Source of the DNA: Candidatus Aenigmatarchaeota archaeon | GTDB taxonomy: Archaea > Aenigmatarchaeota > Aenigmatarchaeia > CG10238-14 > SCSR01 | Assembly: GCA_016198705.1 (NCBI GenBank) | Contig: JACQIA010000066.1 | Location: forward strand, 3,610-67,609 | DNA length: 64,000 bases | Direction of reading: 5' to 3' | Part shown: positions 54,768 to 64,000 of the stretch, one piece after another | Layout of the letters: each line of letters starts with the position of its first letter | How positions within the stretch are numbered: position 1 is the first letter of the stretch | Translations under genes and position numbers: made by a program | Notes under the pieces: generated by a model | The model's input: the letters and a program-made list of their open reading frames with translations, nothing else | The model's database searches: none | Told to the model about the DNA's origin: nothing

Positions 54768-56563
54768 TCAGGCCTAAAGAAATGACAATGGTCAGGATAA
54801 TAACCCCGTCTAGGCATGTTCGCAATGTTATAGAAACTCTGTACGAGTTGAAGGTATTGCATATACTTGATTTTAAAAAAGGCGAGGACGAATTTTTTGA
54901 CATAGGAAAGCCGTTTAAAGAAGCTACCACCTATTCAGAGCAATTGATTGCATTGCGTTCCATTATTTCTAGGCTCAGCATAACAGGCACACCAAAGGAC
55001 TTAAAAAATCTCAGCGACGCTCAGAAAAGACTCTTGGAATTAAACAAATCCTTTAAGGATACTGTAGAAAAATTGGATAAAACAAAATCTGTGGAAAATG
55101 AACTTCTAAATGACTATAAAAATCCATTGGCGAATCTCGGCATCAGTCATAAAATCAAAGAATTTAAATCGCTAGTTAGTTTTCTAGGTACTGTAAAGTC
55201 TCCCATCGAATCAAAATTAAATGCCATAACAACTGATTATAGTCTTACACAAAAGAAATTAGAAAAGCGAATAGCGTTTGCACTTTTTATAAAGAGGGAA
55301 CTCGGGGAAAAAGTTAAGGCAATTTTAAGCGAATCAGGATTTGCAGAACATCAGTTGCCAAAATTAAACAGAACAGAAATAGAAGAGCGATTAGCCAAAA
55401 TAAGGAAAGAAAAAATTGCTTTGGAAAATCAGCTGGAAACTTTGAAGAAAAATAATTCCCAGTTTCTGGTAGATTACGAGTTTGCCTTAACTCAATTGAA
55501 TGAACAATCAGAAGTGCCATTAAGATTCGCATCAAGCAAAAATACATTGATAGCTACAGGTTGGATACCTGCTGATAAAGCAGAAAATATAAAGCAAAAT
55601 CTGGCTAAAATAACTAAAGAGAAGGTTTTTGTAGAATTGTTGCACGGCAAAAATCCACCAACAGTCTTGGAAAATCCCAAAATGATAAATCCGTTTGAAT
55701 TTCTTTTGAACCTATATTCCCTGCCAAAATATTATGAAATTGATCCAACAATACTAATGTTCATAGCATTTCCATTGTTCTTTGGGTTCATGCTAGGGGA
55801 TGTTGGTTATGGGTTGACTACCCTTGCAATAATCTTTTTGCTTGAGAAAAAACTACCAACTGCTATAAAACCATTGCTAAGAATAATAACCATCTCTTCT
55901 TTATCCAGCATAGCTTTTGGTTTTATTTTTGGAGAATTTTTCGGATACGAATTTATTGCACATCCTTTGCTGAACAGGGTTCATGAAATAAACACTATGA
56001 TGTTGATATCTGTTGCCGTAGGAGTAGTGCACATAAATCTTGGGTTGGTTCTAGGATTGATAAATGAACTAAAGCATCATAACTTTTTAGAAGCCTTTTT
56101 AAGAAAAGGTTCATGGATTGTCCTTCAAGTAGCTGTAGCAATTTTAGGTTTTGGTTATCTGCAGGCCAACCAATCCTTCCAAATGATCGGAGGCATTCTA
56201 ATACTGGCTTCAATACTGATGATAATCAAAGGGGAGGGTATTCTAAAAATAGTAGAACTTCCGGCTATCCTTTCAAACACACTCTCATACATTAGATTAT
56301 ATGCAATAGGCTTGGCATCAGTCTCTTTAGCGTCTGTATTTAACAAAATGGCATCAGGATTTTTTGTTCAAGGAGGATTTTCTATTGCAATCGGCATTTT
56401 CGTTTTATTGGCAGGACATTTCATTAACTTGTTGCTTGGTCTTTTAGGACCATTCCTACATTCACTTAGGTTGCATTATGTTGAATTTTTTCAAAAATTT
56501 TATGAAGGAGGGGGCTATAGATATAGCCCCTTTGGAATAATTAAAATGTTAGGAGGTAGATGA
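54764..56563 (+). CDS. atpI: A-type ATP synthase subunit I (a-subunit)
   Basis: 599 aa with a hydrophilic coiled-coil N-half and a polytopic C-half containing the conserved Arg-containing helix (LSYIRLYAIGLAS). Confidence 0.85.
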   Translation: MIRPKEMTMVRIITPSRHVRNVIETLYELKVLHILDFKKGEDEFFDIGKPFKEATTYSEQLIALRSIISRLSITGTPKDLKNLSDAQKRLLELNKSFKDTVEKLDKTKSVENELLNDYKNPLANLGISHKIKEFKSLVSFLGTVKSPIESKLNAITTDYSLTQKKLEKRIAFALFIKRELGEKVKAILSESGFAEHQLPKLNRTEIEERLAKIRKEKIALENQLETLKKNNSQFLVDYEFALTQLNEQSEVPLRFASSKNTLIATGWIPADKAENIKQNLAKITKEKVFVELLHGKNPPTVLENPKMINPFEFLLNLYSLPKYYEIDPTILMFIAFPLFFGFMLGDVGYGLTTLAIIFLLEKKLPTAIKPLLRIITISSLSSIAFGFIFGEFFGYEFIAHPLLNRVHEINTMMLISVAVGVVHINLGLVLGLINELKHHNFLEAFLRKGSWIVLQVAVAILGFGYLQANQSFQMIGGILILASILMIIKGEGILKIVELPAILSNTLSYIRLYAIGLASVSLASVFNKMASGFFVQGGFSIAIGIFVLLAGHFINLLLGLLGPFLHSLRLHYVEFFQKFYEGGGYRYSPFGIIKMLGGR

Positions 56564-56567
56564 TAAA

Positions 56568-56801
56568 ATGGCAGTAGATATAGGAACAGGGTTATTAGGA
56601 CTTGGTGCTGGTCTAGCTCTCGCAGGAGGAGCAATCGGTGCTGGTATAGCTGAACAACAGATAGGAGCAGCAGCAGTAGGTGCAATGGCTGAAAAAGAAG
56701 AACTATTCGGTAAAGGATTGATTCTTACAGTCATCCCCGAAACACTAGTAATCTTCGGCATGGTAGTAGCAATACTAATAATCGGCATGGCAGGACCATA
56801 G
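56568..56801 (+). CDS. atpK: A-type ATP synthase subunit K (proteolipid c)
   Basis: 77 aa two-helix hairpin, Gly/Ala-rich, with the conserved Glu (PETLVIFG). Confidence 0.85.
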   Translation: MAVDIGTGLLGLGAGLALAGGAIGAGIAEQQIGAAAVGAMAEKEELFGKGLILTVIPETLVIFGMVVAILIIGMAGP

Positions 56802-57359
56802 ATGGCTTTAGAAAATGTGATAAATGAGATTATTTCCCAAGCCGAAAAGCAAAAACAGGAGATAGTTGATTTAGGTAAACAAGAGGCCAAGAAAATATTA
56901 GAGGAAGCTACATACAAAGCAAAAGAACAATCTAAACTATTTGGCGAAGAAACTAAGAAAATTCTTGGTGAGACTAAACGAAGGGAAATTTCAGCCTTTA
57001 ATATGCAATTGCACAAAATGTTCTTGGAAACAAAAAAAAATATACTCGACGAGCTTCACATGCAATTGGTAGAAAAAATAGATAAGCTAGATTCTAACAA
57101 AAGGAGAGAATTGTTGCAAAAGCTTGCTGAGAAGGCGAGAAAAGAGCTGCCTGATGCAAAATTTATTTACTGCAATGAGAGAGACAAAGAACTTTCTTCA
57201 GGCATTAAAAATCTCAAGTTCGCCAGCTCAGTTGACTGCTTGGGCGGTGTGATAGTAGAAAACGAAGATAGAAGCGTTAAGATAAACTATACGTTTGACT
57301 TGCTGTTACAAAATGTAAAGGAGGCATACTTAAATGAGGTTGCTAAAAGGATTTTCTAA
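56802..57359 (+). CDS. atpE: A-type ATP synthase subunit E
   Basis: 185 aa coiled-coil with C-terminal globular part, in operon position. Confidence 0.75.
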   Translation: MALENVINEIISQAEKQKQEIVDLGKQEAKKILEEATYKAKEQSKLFGEETKKILGETKRREISAFNMQLHKMFLETKKNILDELHMQLVEKIDKLDSNKRRELLQKLAEKARKELPDAKFIYCNERDKELSSGIKNLKFASSVDCLGGVIVENEDRSVKINYTFDLLLQNVKEAYLNEVAKRIF

Positions 57360-58257
57360 AGACAGCGACATGTCAGGGTATGCATATACCAATACCAGAG
57401 TTAAGGCAATGAAGGCAAAGCTTTTGAAAAAAGATGATTATCAGAAATTCCTTAAAATGTCTTTAGCCGAGATTACCAGATATTTGCAAGAAACTGAATA
57501 CAACAAAGAGATAACAGAACTCGCAGTGAAATTTAGTGGCATCAATCTTATAGAATATGGTTTGAACAAGAACTTGGAGAATACGTTTGCAAAAATATTG
57601 GGCGTTGCTCTGCTACAACCTAAAGAACAGATTGGGCTTTACTTGAGAAGATATGACGTTGCAAATATAAAAACCATATTGAGGGGTAAATTCTCTAAGG
57701 CATCTAACGAAAAAATAAGCAATGAATTAATTGCAAGCGGAGAGTTCTCACGAGTTTTCCTAGAAAATGTTATCAAAGAAGCTTCTAATGTCGGGGAAGT
57801 AATAGAACATTTCAAAGTAACGGAATATTATTCAATTTTGAAGGAGTTTTCTAACGATTTAACTAAATTAGAAGACGAGTTGGACAAACTTTATTATACC
57901 GTAGCTTTAAAAAATGCTGAAAAGGAACTTAAAGAGTACATTCGAATGGAGATTGCAATTAAAAATGTGTTGAACAGATTAAGAGGGAAGAAAGCTAATA
58001 TAAAAGTCGAAATTCTGCCACGTGAGAAGAAAATAAACGTTCCTTACCAAGAAGATTCTATAGATGCAAGAGTTTTTATAAAAAAACTTCTGATAGAAAA
58101 AGCACTCAGGATGGTTCATGAAGTCAAATTCAATATAAGACCAATATTAGGGTATTTCGTAGCTAAGGAAAATGAAGTTAGCAATGTTAGAATTTTAACA
58201 AGGGGAAGACACGCTGGATTAAGCGAGGAATTAATTCAAAAGCAGTTGGTGATTTGA
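57334..58257 (+). CDS. atpC: A-type ATP synthase subunit C
   Basis: 307 aa helical protein between atpE and atpF. Confidence 0.7.
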   Translation: MRLLKGFSKDSDMSGYAYTNTRVKAMKAKLLKKDDYQKFLKMSLAEITRYLQETEYNKEITELAVKFSGINLIEYGLNKNLENTFAKILGVALLQPKEQIGLYLRRYDVANIKTILRGKFSKASNEKISNELIASGEFSRVFLENVIKEASNVGEVIEHFKVTEYYSILKEFSNDLTKLEDELDKLYYTVALKNAEKELKEYIRMEIAIKNVLNRLRGKKANIKVEILPREKKINVPYQEDSIDARVFIKKLLIEKALRMVHEVKFNIRPILGYFVAKENEVSNVRILTRGRHAGLSEELIQKQLVI

Positions 58258-58553
58258 TGGAGATAGCTGTTGTTGGAAATGATGATTTTGCAACTGGATT
58301 TTCACTAGCTGGAATAAAATATTATTTCACCTCAGAGGCAAATTTAGACGAAAAAATTGAAGAGGCGTTGAAGTATGATGAGATAGGTGTGCTGGTGATG
58401 GAGGAAGACCAATTTAAATCATTGAGCAACAAAACTAGAAAGATGCTGGAAAAATTGGTGAAGCCAGTTTTAGTTTTAATTTCCGATAAAGGCAAGGAAA
58501 CAAACATCAGAGAAATGATTAAAAAGAGTTTAGGTGTTGATCTATGGCGTTAG
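58254..58553 (+). CDS. atpF: A-type ATP synthase subunit F
   Basis: 99 aa, [20 protein letters not shown] typical of subunit F. Confidence 0.8.
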   Translation: MMEIAVVGNDDFATGFSLAGIKYYFTSEANLDEKIEEALKYDEIGVLVMEEDQFKSLSNKTRKMLEKLVKPVLVLISDKGKETNIREMIKKSLGVDLWR

Positions 58554-60289
58554 GTAAATTATACCGTATATCCGGTCCAGTAGTAGTTGCAGAGGGTTTG
58601 GATGCAAAGATGTATGAACTGGTGAAGGTTGGAAATGAGAAGTTGCTAGGTGAAGTTATACAGATAACAGGAGATAGAGTAACGATACAGGTTTATGAAG
58701 AAACTACAGGGTTAAGACCTGGTGAGCCGGTAGAAGGCACAGGCGCTTCGCTTTCAGTAGAATTGGGTCCTGGATTACTATCACAGATATATGACGGAGT
58801 TCAAAGGCCTCTGCCAGTTTTAGCAAAAATGTCCGGCGACTTTATCAGCCGTGGTTTAACTGCATCTGCTTTGGATGAAAATAAGAAATGGGATTTTGCT
58901 GCTAAAGTGAAGAAGGGTGATGAAGTAGTCGGTGGAAATATACTCGGGACTGTTCAAGAAACAAAATATTTTGAGCATAAAATTTTAGTTCCTCCAAATG
59001 TCAAAGGAAAAATAAAAGAGATAAACTCTGGTAAGTTTAATGTTAGACAACCTATAGGTGAGTTGGACGATGGAACAAAATTGTATTTATCCCATAAGTG
59101 GCCGGTTAGAACACCACGACCTGTCAAAGAGAAATTGATGCCAACAATTCCAATGATAACAGGGCAAAGAATACTTGATAGTTTGTTTCCAATAGCCAAA
59201 GGCGGAACAGCAGCTATACCTGGTCCATTCGGTTCAGGAAAAACTGTTACGCAGCAACAACTGGCGAAATGGAGCGATGCAAAAATTGTAGTCTATATAG
59301 GTTGTGGTGAAAGAGGAAATGAAATGACAGAAGTCTTGACAGAATTTCCAAAATTAATAGATCCTTATACCAACGCTCCGTTGATGGAGAGAACTGTATT
59401 GATTGCAAATACATCGAACATGCCTGTTGCCGCCAGGGAAGCATCTGTCTATACAGGAATGGCAATTGCTGAATACTTTAGGGACCAAGGTCATGATGTA
59501 GCATTGATGGCTGATTCTACAAGCAGGTGGGCTGAGGCAATGAGGGAGATTTCATCAAGGTTAGAAGAAATGCCTGGTGAAGAGGGATATCCTGCTTATC
59601 TTGCTGCAAGGTTATCTGAATTCTACGAAAGAGCAGGAAGAATTATATGCTTGGGTAAGGATGGTATCGAAGGTTCTGTAACTGCAATAGGTGCTGTCTC
59701 CCCTCCCGGTGGAGACTTTTCCGAACCTGTAACGCAAAATACATTGAAGATAACAAAAGTTTTCTGGGCATTAGACGCAAGACTAGCTCAGCGGCGTCAT
59801 TTCCCTGCCATCAACTGGCTAGAATCCTATTCACTTTACAAAGACATACTGTCGCAATGGTATATTGACAAAGTAGCAAACGATTGGAATGAAATTAGAC
59901 AGAAAGCCATGGAAATTCTTCAGCAGGAAGCATCCCTACAAGAGATAGTTCAGTTAGTAGGAAGCGATGCCTTGCCAGAGAAAGAGAGATTGACTATCGA
60001 AATAGCCAGAATAATTAGGGAAGGTTTTCTGCAGCAATCAGCATATCACGCAGTTGACTCTTATTGCAGTTTGAAGAAGCAGTATGGAATGTTGAAAGCA
60101 ATAATGAAATTTAGAGAGCTAGCATTTCAATCCCTCGAAGAAGGAACAAATTTACAGTCTATAATTTCTCTTGATATAAAAACAAAACTCATGAAAGCAG
60201 CTTTGATAGATGAAAAGAACTTTGAACATGAAATTCAAAAAATAAATGAGCAGATGAGTTTAGATTTCAAATCGGTGGTTGGATCATGA
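58544..60289 (+). CDS. atpA: A-type ATP synthase catalytic subunit A
   Basis: P-loop GPFGSGKTV, non-homologous insertion region, 581 aa. Confidence 0.9.
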   Translation: MALGKLYRISGPVVVAEGLDAKMYELVKVGNEKLLGEVIQITGDRVTIQVYEETTGLRPGEPVEGTGASLSVELGPGLLSQIYDGVQRPLPVLAKMSGDFISRGLTASALDENKKWDFAAKVKKGDEVVGGNILGTVQETKYFEHKILVPPNVKGKIKEINSGKFNVRQPIGELDDGTKLYLSHKWPVRTPRPVKEKLMPTIPMITGQRILDSLFPIAKGGTAAIPGPFGSGKTVTQQQLAKWSDAKIVVYIGCGERGNEMTEVLTEFPKLIDPYTNAPLMERTVLIANTSNMPVAAREASVYTGMAIAEYFRDQGHDVALMADSTSRWAEAMREISSRLEEMPGEEGYPAYLAARLSEFYERAGRIICLGKDGIEGSVTAIGAVSPPGGDFSEPVTQNTLKITKVFWALDARLAQRRHFPAINWLESYSLYKDILSQWYIDKVANDWNEIRQKAMEILQQEASLQEIVQLVGSDALPEKERLTIEIARIIREGFLQQSAYHAVDSYCSLKKQYGMLKAIMKFRELAFQSLEEGTNLQSIISLDIKTKLMKAALIDEKNFEHEIQKINEQMSLDFKSVVGS

Positions 60290-61659
60290 AAGAATATCAG
60301 ACAATAACAAGAGTCGCAGGCCCATTGGTGTTTGTAGAAAAAACTCATGATGTTGCTTATGGCGAACTTGTAGAAATAGAATTGCATGGTGAAAAGAAAA
60401 GCGGGCAAGTTTTAGACACATCTAAAGATGCCGTAGTTGTGCAGGTTTTTGAAGGAACTTCCGGTATTGATAGAAAGTCAGTTGTGAAATTCTTGAACAA
60501 GACAATAAAATTAAATTGCACCAAAGAATTGCTAGGAAGGATTTTAGATGGGTTGGGAAGGCCAATAGACGGTGGACCTGAAGTAATTCCTGACGAGCAA
60601 AGGGATGTAAACGGCGCTGCGATAAATCCTTATTCGCGTGATGCCCCCAGAGATTTTATTCAAGCAGGCATATCCTCTATCGACGGAATGAATACGTTGG
60701 TAAAGGGGCAGAAGCTTCCTATTTTTTCCGGCTCCGGGTTGCCTCATAATGACATAGCCTTGCAGATAGCAAGGCAAGCTAAAATTGGCAAGGATTTTGC
60801 TGTAGTGTTTGTTGCGATGGGAATTACCAATGAAGAGGCGCAGAGGTTTATAAAAGAATTTGAGCAGACCGGAGCGTTGGAAAGGGCTGTTGTATTTTTG
60901 AATTTAGCTGATGATCCAGCGATTGAAAGATTGGTAACACCAAGAATTGGATTAACAGCAGCAGAATATCTTGCATTCAACCATGAGATGGATGTTTTAG
61001 TTATATTGACAGACATGAGTTCCTATTGTGAAGCTCTGCGTGAGATTGGAGCTGCAAGAGAAGAAGTTCCGGGAAGAAGAGGATATCCTGGATACATGTA
61101 TACAAATCTTGCAACAATTTACGAAAGAGCTGGACTGATCAAAGGGAAAAAGGGCTCTATAACACAATTTCCGATTCTAACATTGCCAGGTGACGACATA
61201 ACGCATCCAATACCAGATTTAACAGGCTACATCACAGAAGGTCAGATAGTTCTTTCAAGGGAGTTGCATGCTAAAGGAATATATCCGCCGGTAGATGTAT
61301 TGCCGTCTTTAAGCAGGCTGATGCAGATTGGTATTGGTTCTGATAAAACTAGGGATGACCATCGGGCTGTAAGCAATCAGCTGTATGCGGCATATGCAGA
61401 AGGTAGGTCATTAAGGGGATTGGTTGCGATAGTTGGAGAAGAGGCATTGACTGAAAGGGATAGGGCATATCTAAAGTTTGCCAAGGCTTTTGAAGAACAA
61501 TTTACTGGCCAAGGCAAGAATGAAAATCGAAGCATAGAGGAGACTTTGAATTTGGGATGGAAGCTATTGCAGATATTGCCGAGGAATGAATTGATAAGAA
61601 TTGAAGATGCATTGATTGAGAAATATTCCAAATTATTGAATTTACAATTTGCAGGATAA
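60286..61659 (+). CDS. atpB: A-type ATP synthase subunit B
   Basis: 457 aa, degenerate P-loop region ([11 protein letters not shown]) typical of the regulatory B subunit. Confidence 0.9.
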   Translation: MKEYQTITRVAGPLVFVEKTHDVAYGELVEIELHGEKKSGQVLDTSKDAVVVQVFEGTSGIDRKSVVKFLNKTIKLNCTKELLGRILDGLGRPIDGGPEVIPDEQRDVNGAAINPYSRDAPRDFIQAGISSIDGMNTLVKGQKLPIFSGSGLPHNDIALQIARQAKIGKDFAVVFVAMGITNEEAQRFIKEFEQTGALERAVVFLNLADDPAIERLVTPRIGLTAAEYLAFNHEMDVLVILTDMSSYCEALREIGAAREEVPGRRGYPGYMYTNLATIYERAGLIKGKKGSITQFPILTLPGDDITHPIPDLTGYITEGQIVLSRELHAKGIYPPVDVLPSLSRLMQIGIGSDKTRDDHRAVSNQLYAAYAEGRSLRGLVAIVGEEALTERDRAYLKFAKAFEEQFTGQGKNENRSIEETLNLGWKLLQILPRNELIRIEDALIEKYSKLLNLQFAG

Positions 61660-61743
61660 TTTCCTCATAATCTCATTCAAAAGTAATCTTTTAAGCATTC
61701 AAATATGTGAAAAACTTTATCATCTTTAAAAAACATAATTAAA

Positions 61744-62205
61744 TTGATGGTAAGATTTTATAGCATTCCAGCAGCCAGAGAAGATATTGACAAAAGAAAC
61801 ATTATGCTGGAGATAGAAGATAGTGCTGATCGAATGAAATGGAGGACCTACCATGAAGGTGGTAGAGAAATTTCTTCTGGCACAACTATTTTGGATAAAA
61901 AACAACATTCGATTACAAGTCTTCTTGGTTCGAGGATTTTATTTGACTCGCGGGACAGGAGCATTTTGTACGCCGAAAGTATTGAAGATGCAATAAGGGC
62001 TTTCGTAAGTTATCCTTATTACACCAATCATTTATTTAGCGAAATAGATCGAGTATACAAGGTAGCAGTGCCTTTAATTCCAGAATTGGCAGAAGTCAGA
62101 AATATGGATAAAGGTACACTAGACGATGATTTTGCCAGATGGGTAAGAGAAATTCCTCCTCTTTCACCAGAATGGAAAAAATTGCTAGGAGATAAACCTA
62201 AATAA
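61744..62205 (+). CDS. hypothetical protein (153 aa) inserted between atpB and atpD
   Basis: Intact ORF in operon orientation; no motif. Confidence 0.35.
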   Translation: MMVRFYSIPAAREDIDKRNIMLEIEDSADRMKWRTYHEGGREISSGTTILDKKQHSITSLLGSRILFDSRDRSILYAESIEDAIRAFVSYPYYTNHLFSEIDRVYKVAVPLIPELAEVRNMDKGTLDDDFARWVREIPPLSPEWKKLLGDKPK

Positions 62206-62226
62206 ATTCTTAATTAAAGGTTTATT

Positions 62227-62850
62227 ATGCCGATAACACCAACACGTTCAACTTTATTGAGATTGAATAAAACGATTAAGCTAGCAGTAGCTGGACATTC
62301 GCTTTTGAAAAGAAAGCGCGACGGTTTAGTTCAAGAATTCTTCAAGGTCTTAGCACAAGCTAAAGAATACCAATCGAAACTTCAGGAAAATTATCAGAAA
62401 GCCAAAGCATCTATAAATTTGGCCAGAGCTGTAGAAGGGAGCGCCATAGTAAAATCTGCATCATTCGCCCATAAGGAGAAGGCGGAAATAGAATTGGAGA
62501 CCAGAAATGTGATGGGTGTGGTGGTTCCTAAGATTAGAAGCGATTACCAGGTTGCAGCGTTCCATACCCGCGGTTATGGTATCATAGGAACATCGGGGTA
62601 TATCGATGATGCTGCAGAATCGTATGAGCATGTTTTGAAAGATATTATCACAATCGCAGAAATCGAGACTACTTTAAAGAAATTATTGATAGAGATTGAT
62701 AAAACCAAAAGAAGGGTTAATGCTTTGGAATTTAGAGTGATACCAAAATTGAAGAGCGATGCTAAATATGTTAAGCAACGATTAGAGGAGATGGAGAGGG
62801 ATGATATTTTTAGGCTGAAGAGAATCAAGTCAAAGAAGGCTGCTGCGTAA
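62227..62850 (+). CDS. atpD: A-type ATP synthase subunit D
   Basis: 207 aa coiled-coil protein (PTRSTLLRLNKTIKLA...) typical of the central-stalk D subunit. Confidence 0.8.
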   Translation: MPITPTRSTLLRLNKTIKLAVAGHSLLKRKRDGLVQEFFKVLAQAKEYQSKLQENYQKAKASINLARAVEGSAIVKSASFAHKEKAEIELETRNVMGVVVPKIRSDYQVAAFHTRGYGIIGTSGYIDDAAESYEHVLKDIITIAEIETTLKKLLIEIDKTKRRVNALEFRVIPKLKSDAKYVKQRLEEMERDDIFRLKRIKSKKAAA

Positions 62851-62860
62851 AAAGGAATGT

Positions 62861-63307
62861 TTATCGACGATAAGTAAATCTGCTTCTTGCCACGTTTAAT
62901 CTTTCACCAAGTTGCAGTCTTTTTTCTCTAGGCAAATACCCAGCCTGTCTGGTAAGGAAATTAGCTGCTCCTGCAATACTTGAACTAGGATTCGTATTTT
63001 TACCAGTAAGTACAAGCTGCAAACCTTTCATATGTATTTTGTACTCTCTTAAAATATCCACTTCTCTTCTAAAATTAGAATCATCAGCGTAACGTTTCAT
63101 TGCTTCATCATACGTATGACCTATCTTACTTAGAAGACCATCTACCACTGGATGAAACTTATAGCGCGGATCTCTAGCTTGTTCTACCGCATTTCGCATG
63201 GAATCCCAATCTTCCCATCGTTCACTTTTCACTGAATATAATGCAGAAAGAAGGTTGTCGATAAGAACTTTTACTCCTATTTCCTCTTTTACAGGAGCTT
63301 GCACCAT
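62861..63307 (-). CDS. hypothetical protein (148 aa)
   Basis: Intact ORF convergent with atpD; no motif. Confidence 0.3.
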   Translation of the reverse strand: MVQAPVKEEIGVKVLIDNLLSALYSVKSERWEDWDSMRNAVEQARDPRYKFHPVVDGLLSKIGHTYDEAMKRYADDSNFRREVDILREYKIHMKGLQLVLTGKNTNPSSSIAGAANFLTRQAGYLPREKRLQLGERLNVARSRFTYRR

Positions 63308-63376
63308 ATGATTAATTTAACTACGAATATAAAAATAACGCAATTTTTAATAAAGTTTTAACCTAATTCATATATA

Positions 63377-63877
63377 ATGGCATTTGAAGAATTCTGGAAA
63401 TTAATTACACTATTTGGCGGTTTTGAAATATGGGTGGCGATAATTTTCGCAATTTTAGCGATTTACGCCATTGTTACAAAATCTAAGAAGCATAGAATTG
63501 CATCATTAGCATTCATTTTGATATCGTCGATTATTGTTTCCACTGCTGTTGCAGAATTACTGAAGATGTCGCTAAAAATACCAAGGCCATGTGTTGGTAG
63601 CAGTGACTGCCCATCTGACTACTCTTTCCCAAGTGGGCATGCAACAAGAATTTTTACGCTAGCAGCTGTAATGGCTTTAAGCATAAGAGATTTTAGAATT
63701 AAATTTGCTTTTCTAATCCTAGCGATGCTAGTTTCCATTTCCAGAGTTGCATTGAATTACCATACTTATGCAGATATCATAGCAGGAGCATTGGTAGGAG
63801 TCTTGGTTACTTATTTGGTAAACGTTCTCTACAAACGCGTGTCAAGCTTAAAAACTTTCAAGACAATAACTTCTTGA
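63377..63877 (+). CDS. PAP2-superfamily membrane phosphatase
   Basis: KxxxxxxRP-like (KIPRP), PSGH (YSFPSGHATR) and SRxxxxxHxxxD-like (SRVALNYHTYAD) motifs across 4-5 TM helices. Confidence 0.7.
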   Translation: MAFEEFWKLITLFGGFEIWVAIIFAILAIYAIVTKSKKHRIASLAFILISSIIVSTAVAELLKMSLKIPRPCVGSSDCPSDYSFPSGHATRIFTLAAVMALSIRDFRIKFAFLILAMLVSISRVALNYHTYADIIAGALVGVLVTYLVNVLYKRVSSLKTFKTITS

Positions 63878-64000
63878 TGAATTACAAGACAAAGACAATT
63901 TCTCAGGTGACTAAAGAAGATTCCAGAGTTGCAGTGATTGGCAAGGTTTTGGAAGTTTCAGACAGTCATTTCATCCTTCAAGATGATGCAACCACAACAG
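63877..64000 (+). CDS. partial ORF (N-terminus only), OB-fold-like
   Basis: MNYKTKTISQVTKEDSRVAVIGKVLEVSDSHFILQDD... resembles the N-terminal OB-fold of RPA/anticodon-binding-like proteins. Truncated by the window end. Confidence 0.3.
   Translation, partial: MNYKTKTISQVTKEDSRVAVIGKVLEVSDSHFILQDDATTT

Noticed and set aside
1-64000. CRISPR arrays, rRNA genes, transposases/IS elements
   Set aside because: No regularly spaced direct repeats, no rRNA-like conserved stretches, and no DDE or HUH transposase-like ORFs were seen on either strand.

Overview
This is an archaeal chromosomal segment, about 35% GC, dominated by core information-processing genes. It holds most of the ribosomal-protein superoperon, but in scattered blocks: rpl18e-rpl13-rps9-rpoN; rpl14e-rpl34e-DUF106-secY-rpl15-rpl30-rps5-rpl18-rpl19e ... 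rpl32e ... rpl6 ... rps8; rpl3 ... rpl4-rpl23-rpl2-rps19-rpl22 ... rps3-rpl29-sui1-msrB-rnp1 ... rps17-rpl14-rpl24-rps4e-rpl5-rps14. It also carries four aminoacyl-tRNA synthetases (serS, tyrS, cysS, plus tRNA genes), cbf5, the gins15-priS pair, rps27e/rpl44e/rpl40e, TFS, eno/apgM, and a complete A1A0 (V-type) ATPase operon atpHIKECFAB-x-D. Four tRNA genes are present (Gly-CCC, Ser-UGA, Gly-UCC, Cys-GCA), all on the minus strand. Three carry introns, and the Gly-UCC candidate has two introns at non-canonical positions. The most striking property is how often the normally contiguous ribosomal operon is interrupted by non-ribosomal genes. Several of these are GC-richer and use CGN arginine codons where the ribosomal genes use AGR. 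They include: a divergent AAA+-like gene inserted antisense between rps8 and rpl6; a free-standing double-LAGLIDADG+HTH endonuclease-like gene between rps9 and rpoN; a two-ORF cassette between rpl3 and rpl4; a tandem-LuxR-HTH regulator; a Nudix gene; and a PQQ-type dehydrogenase. Other notable points are a cysS gene broken by an in-frame TAG, an rps14 with no canonical start codon, and an unexplained ORF between atpB and atpD. The adk- and cmk-less secY neighbourhood, the small proteins and the non-canonical tRNA introns suggest a small-genome (DPANN-like or Thermoplasmata-like) archaeon; this is inference only. No CRISPR array, rRNA or obvious transposase was seen.
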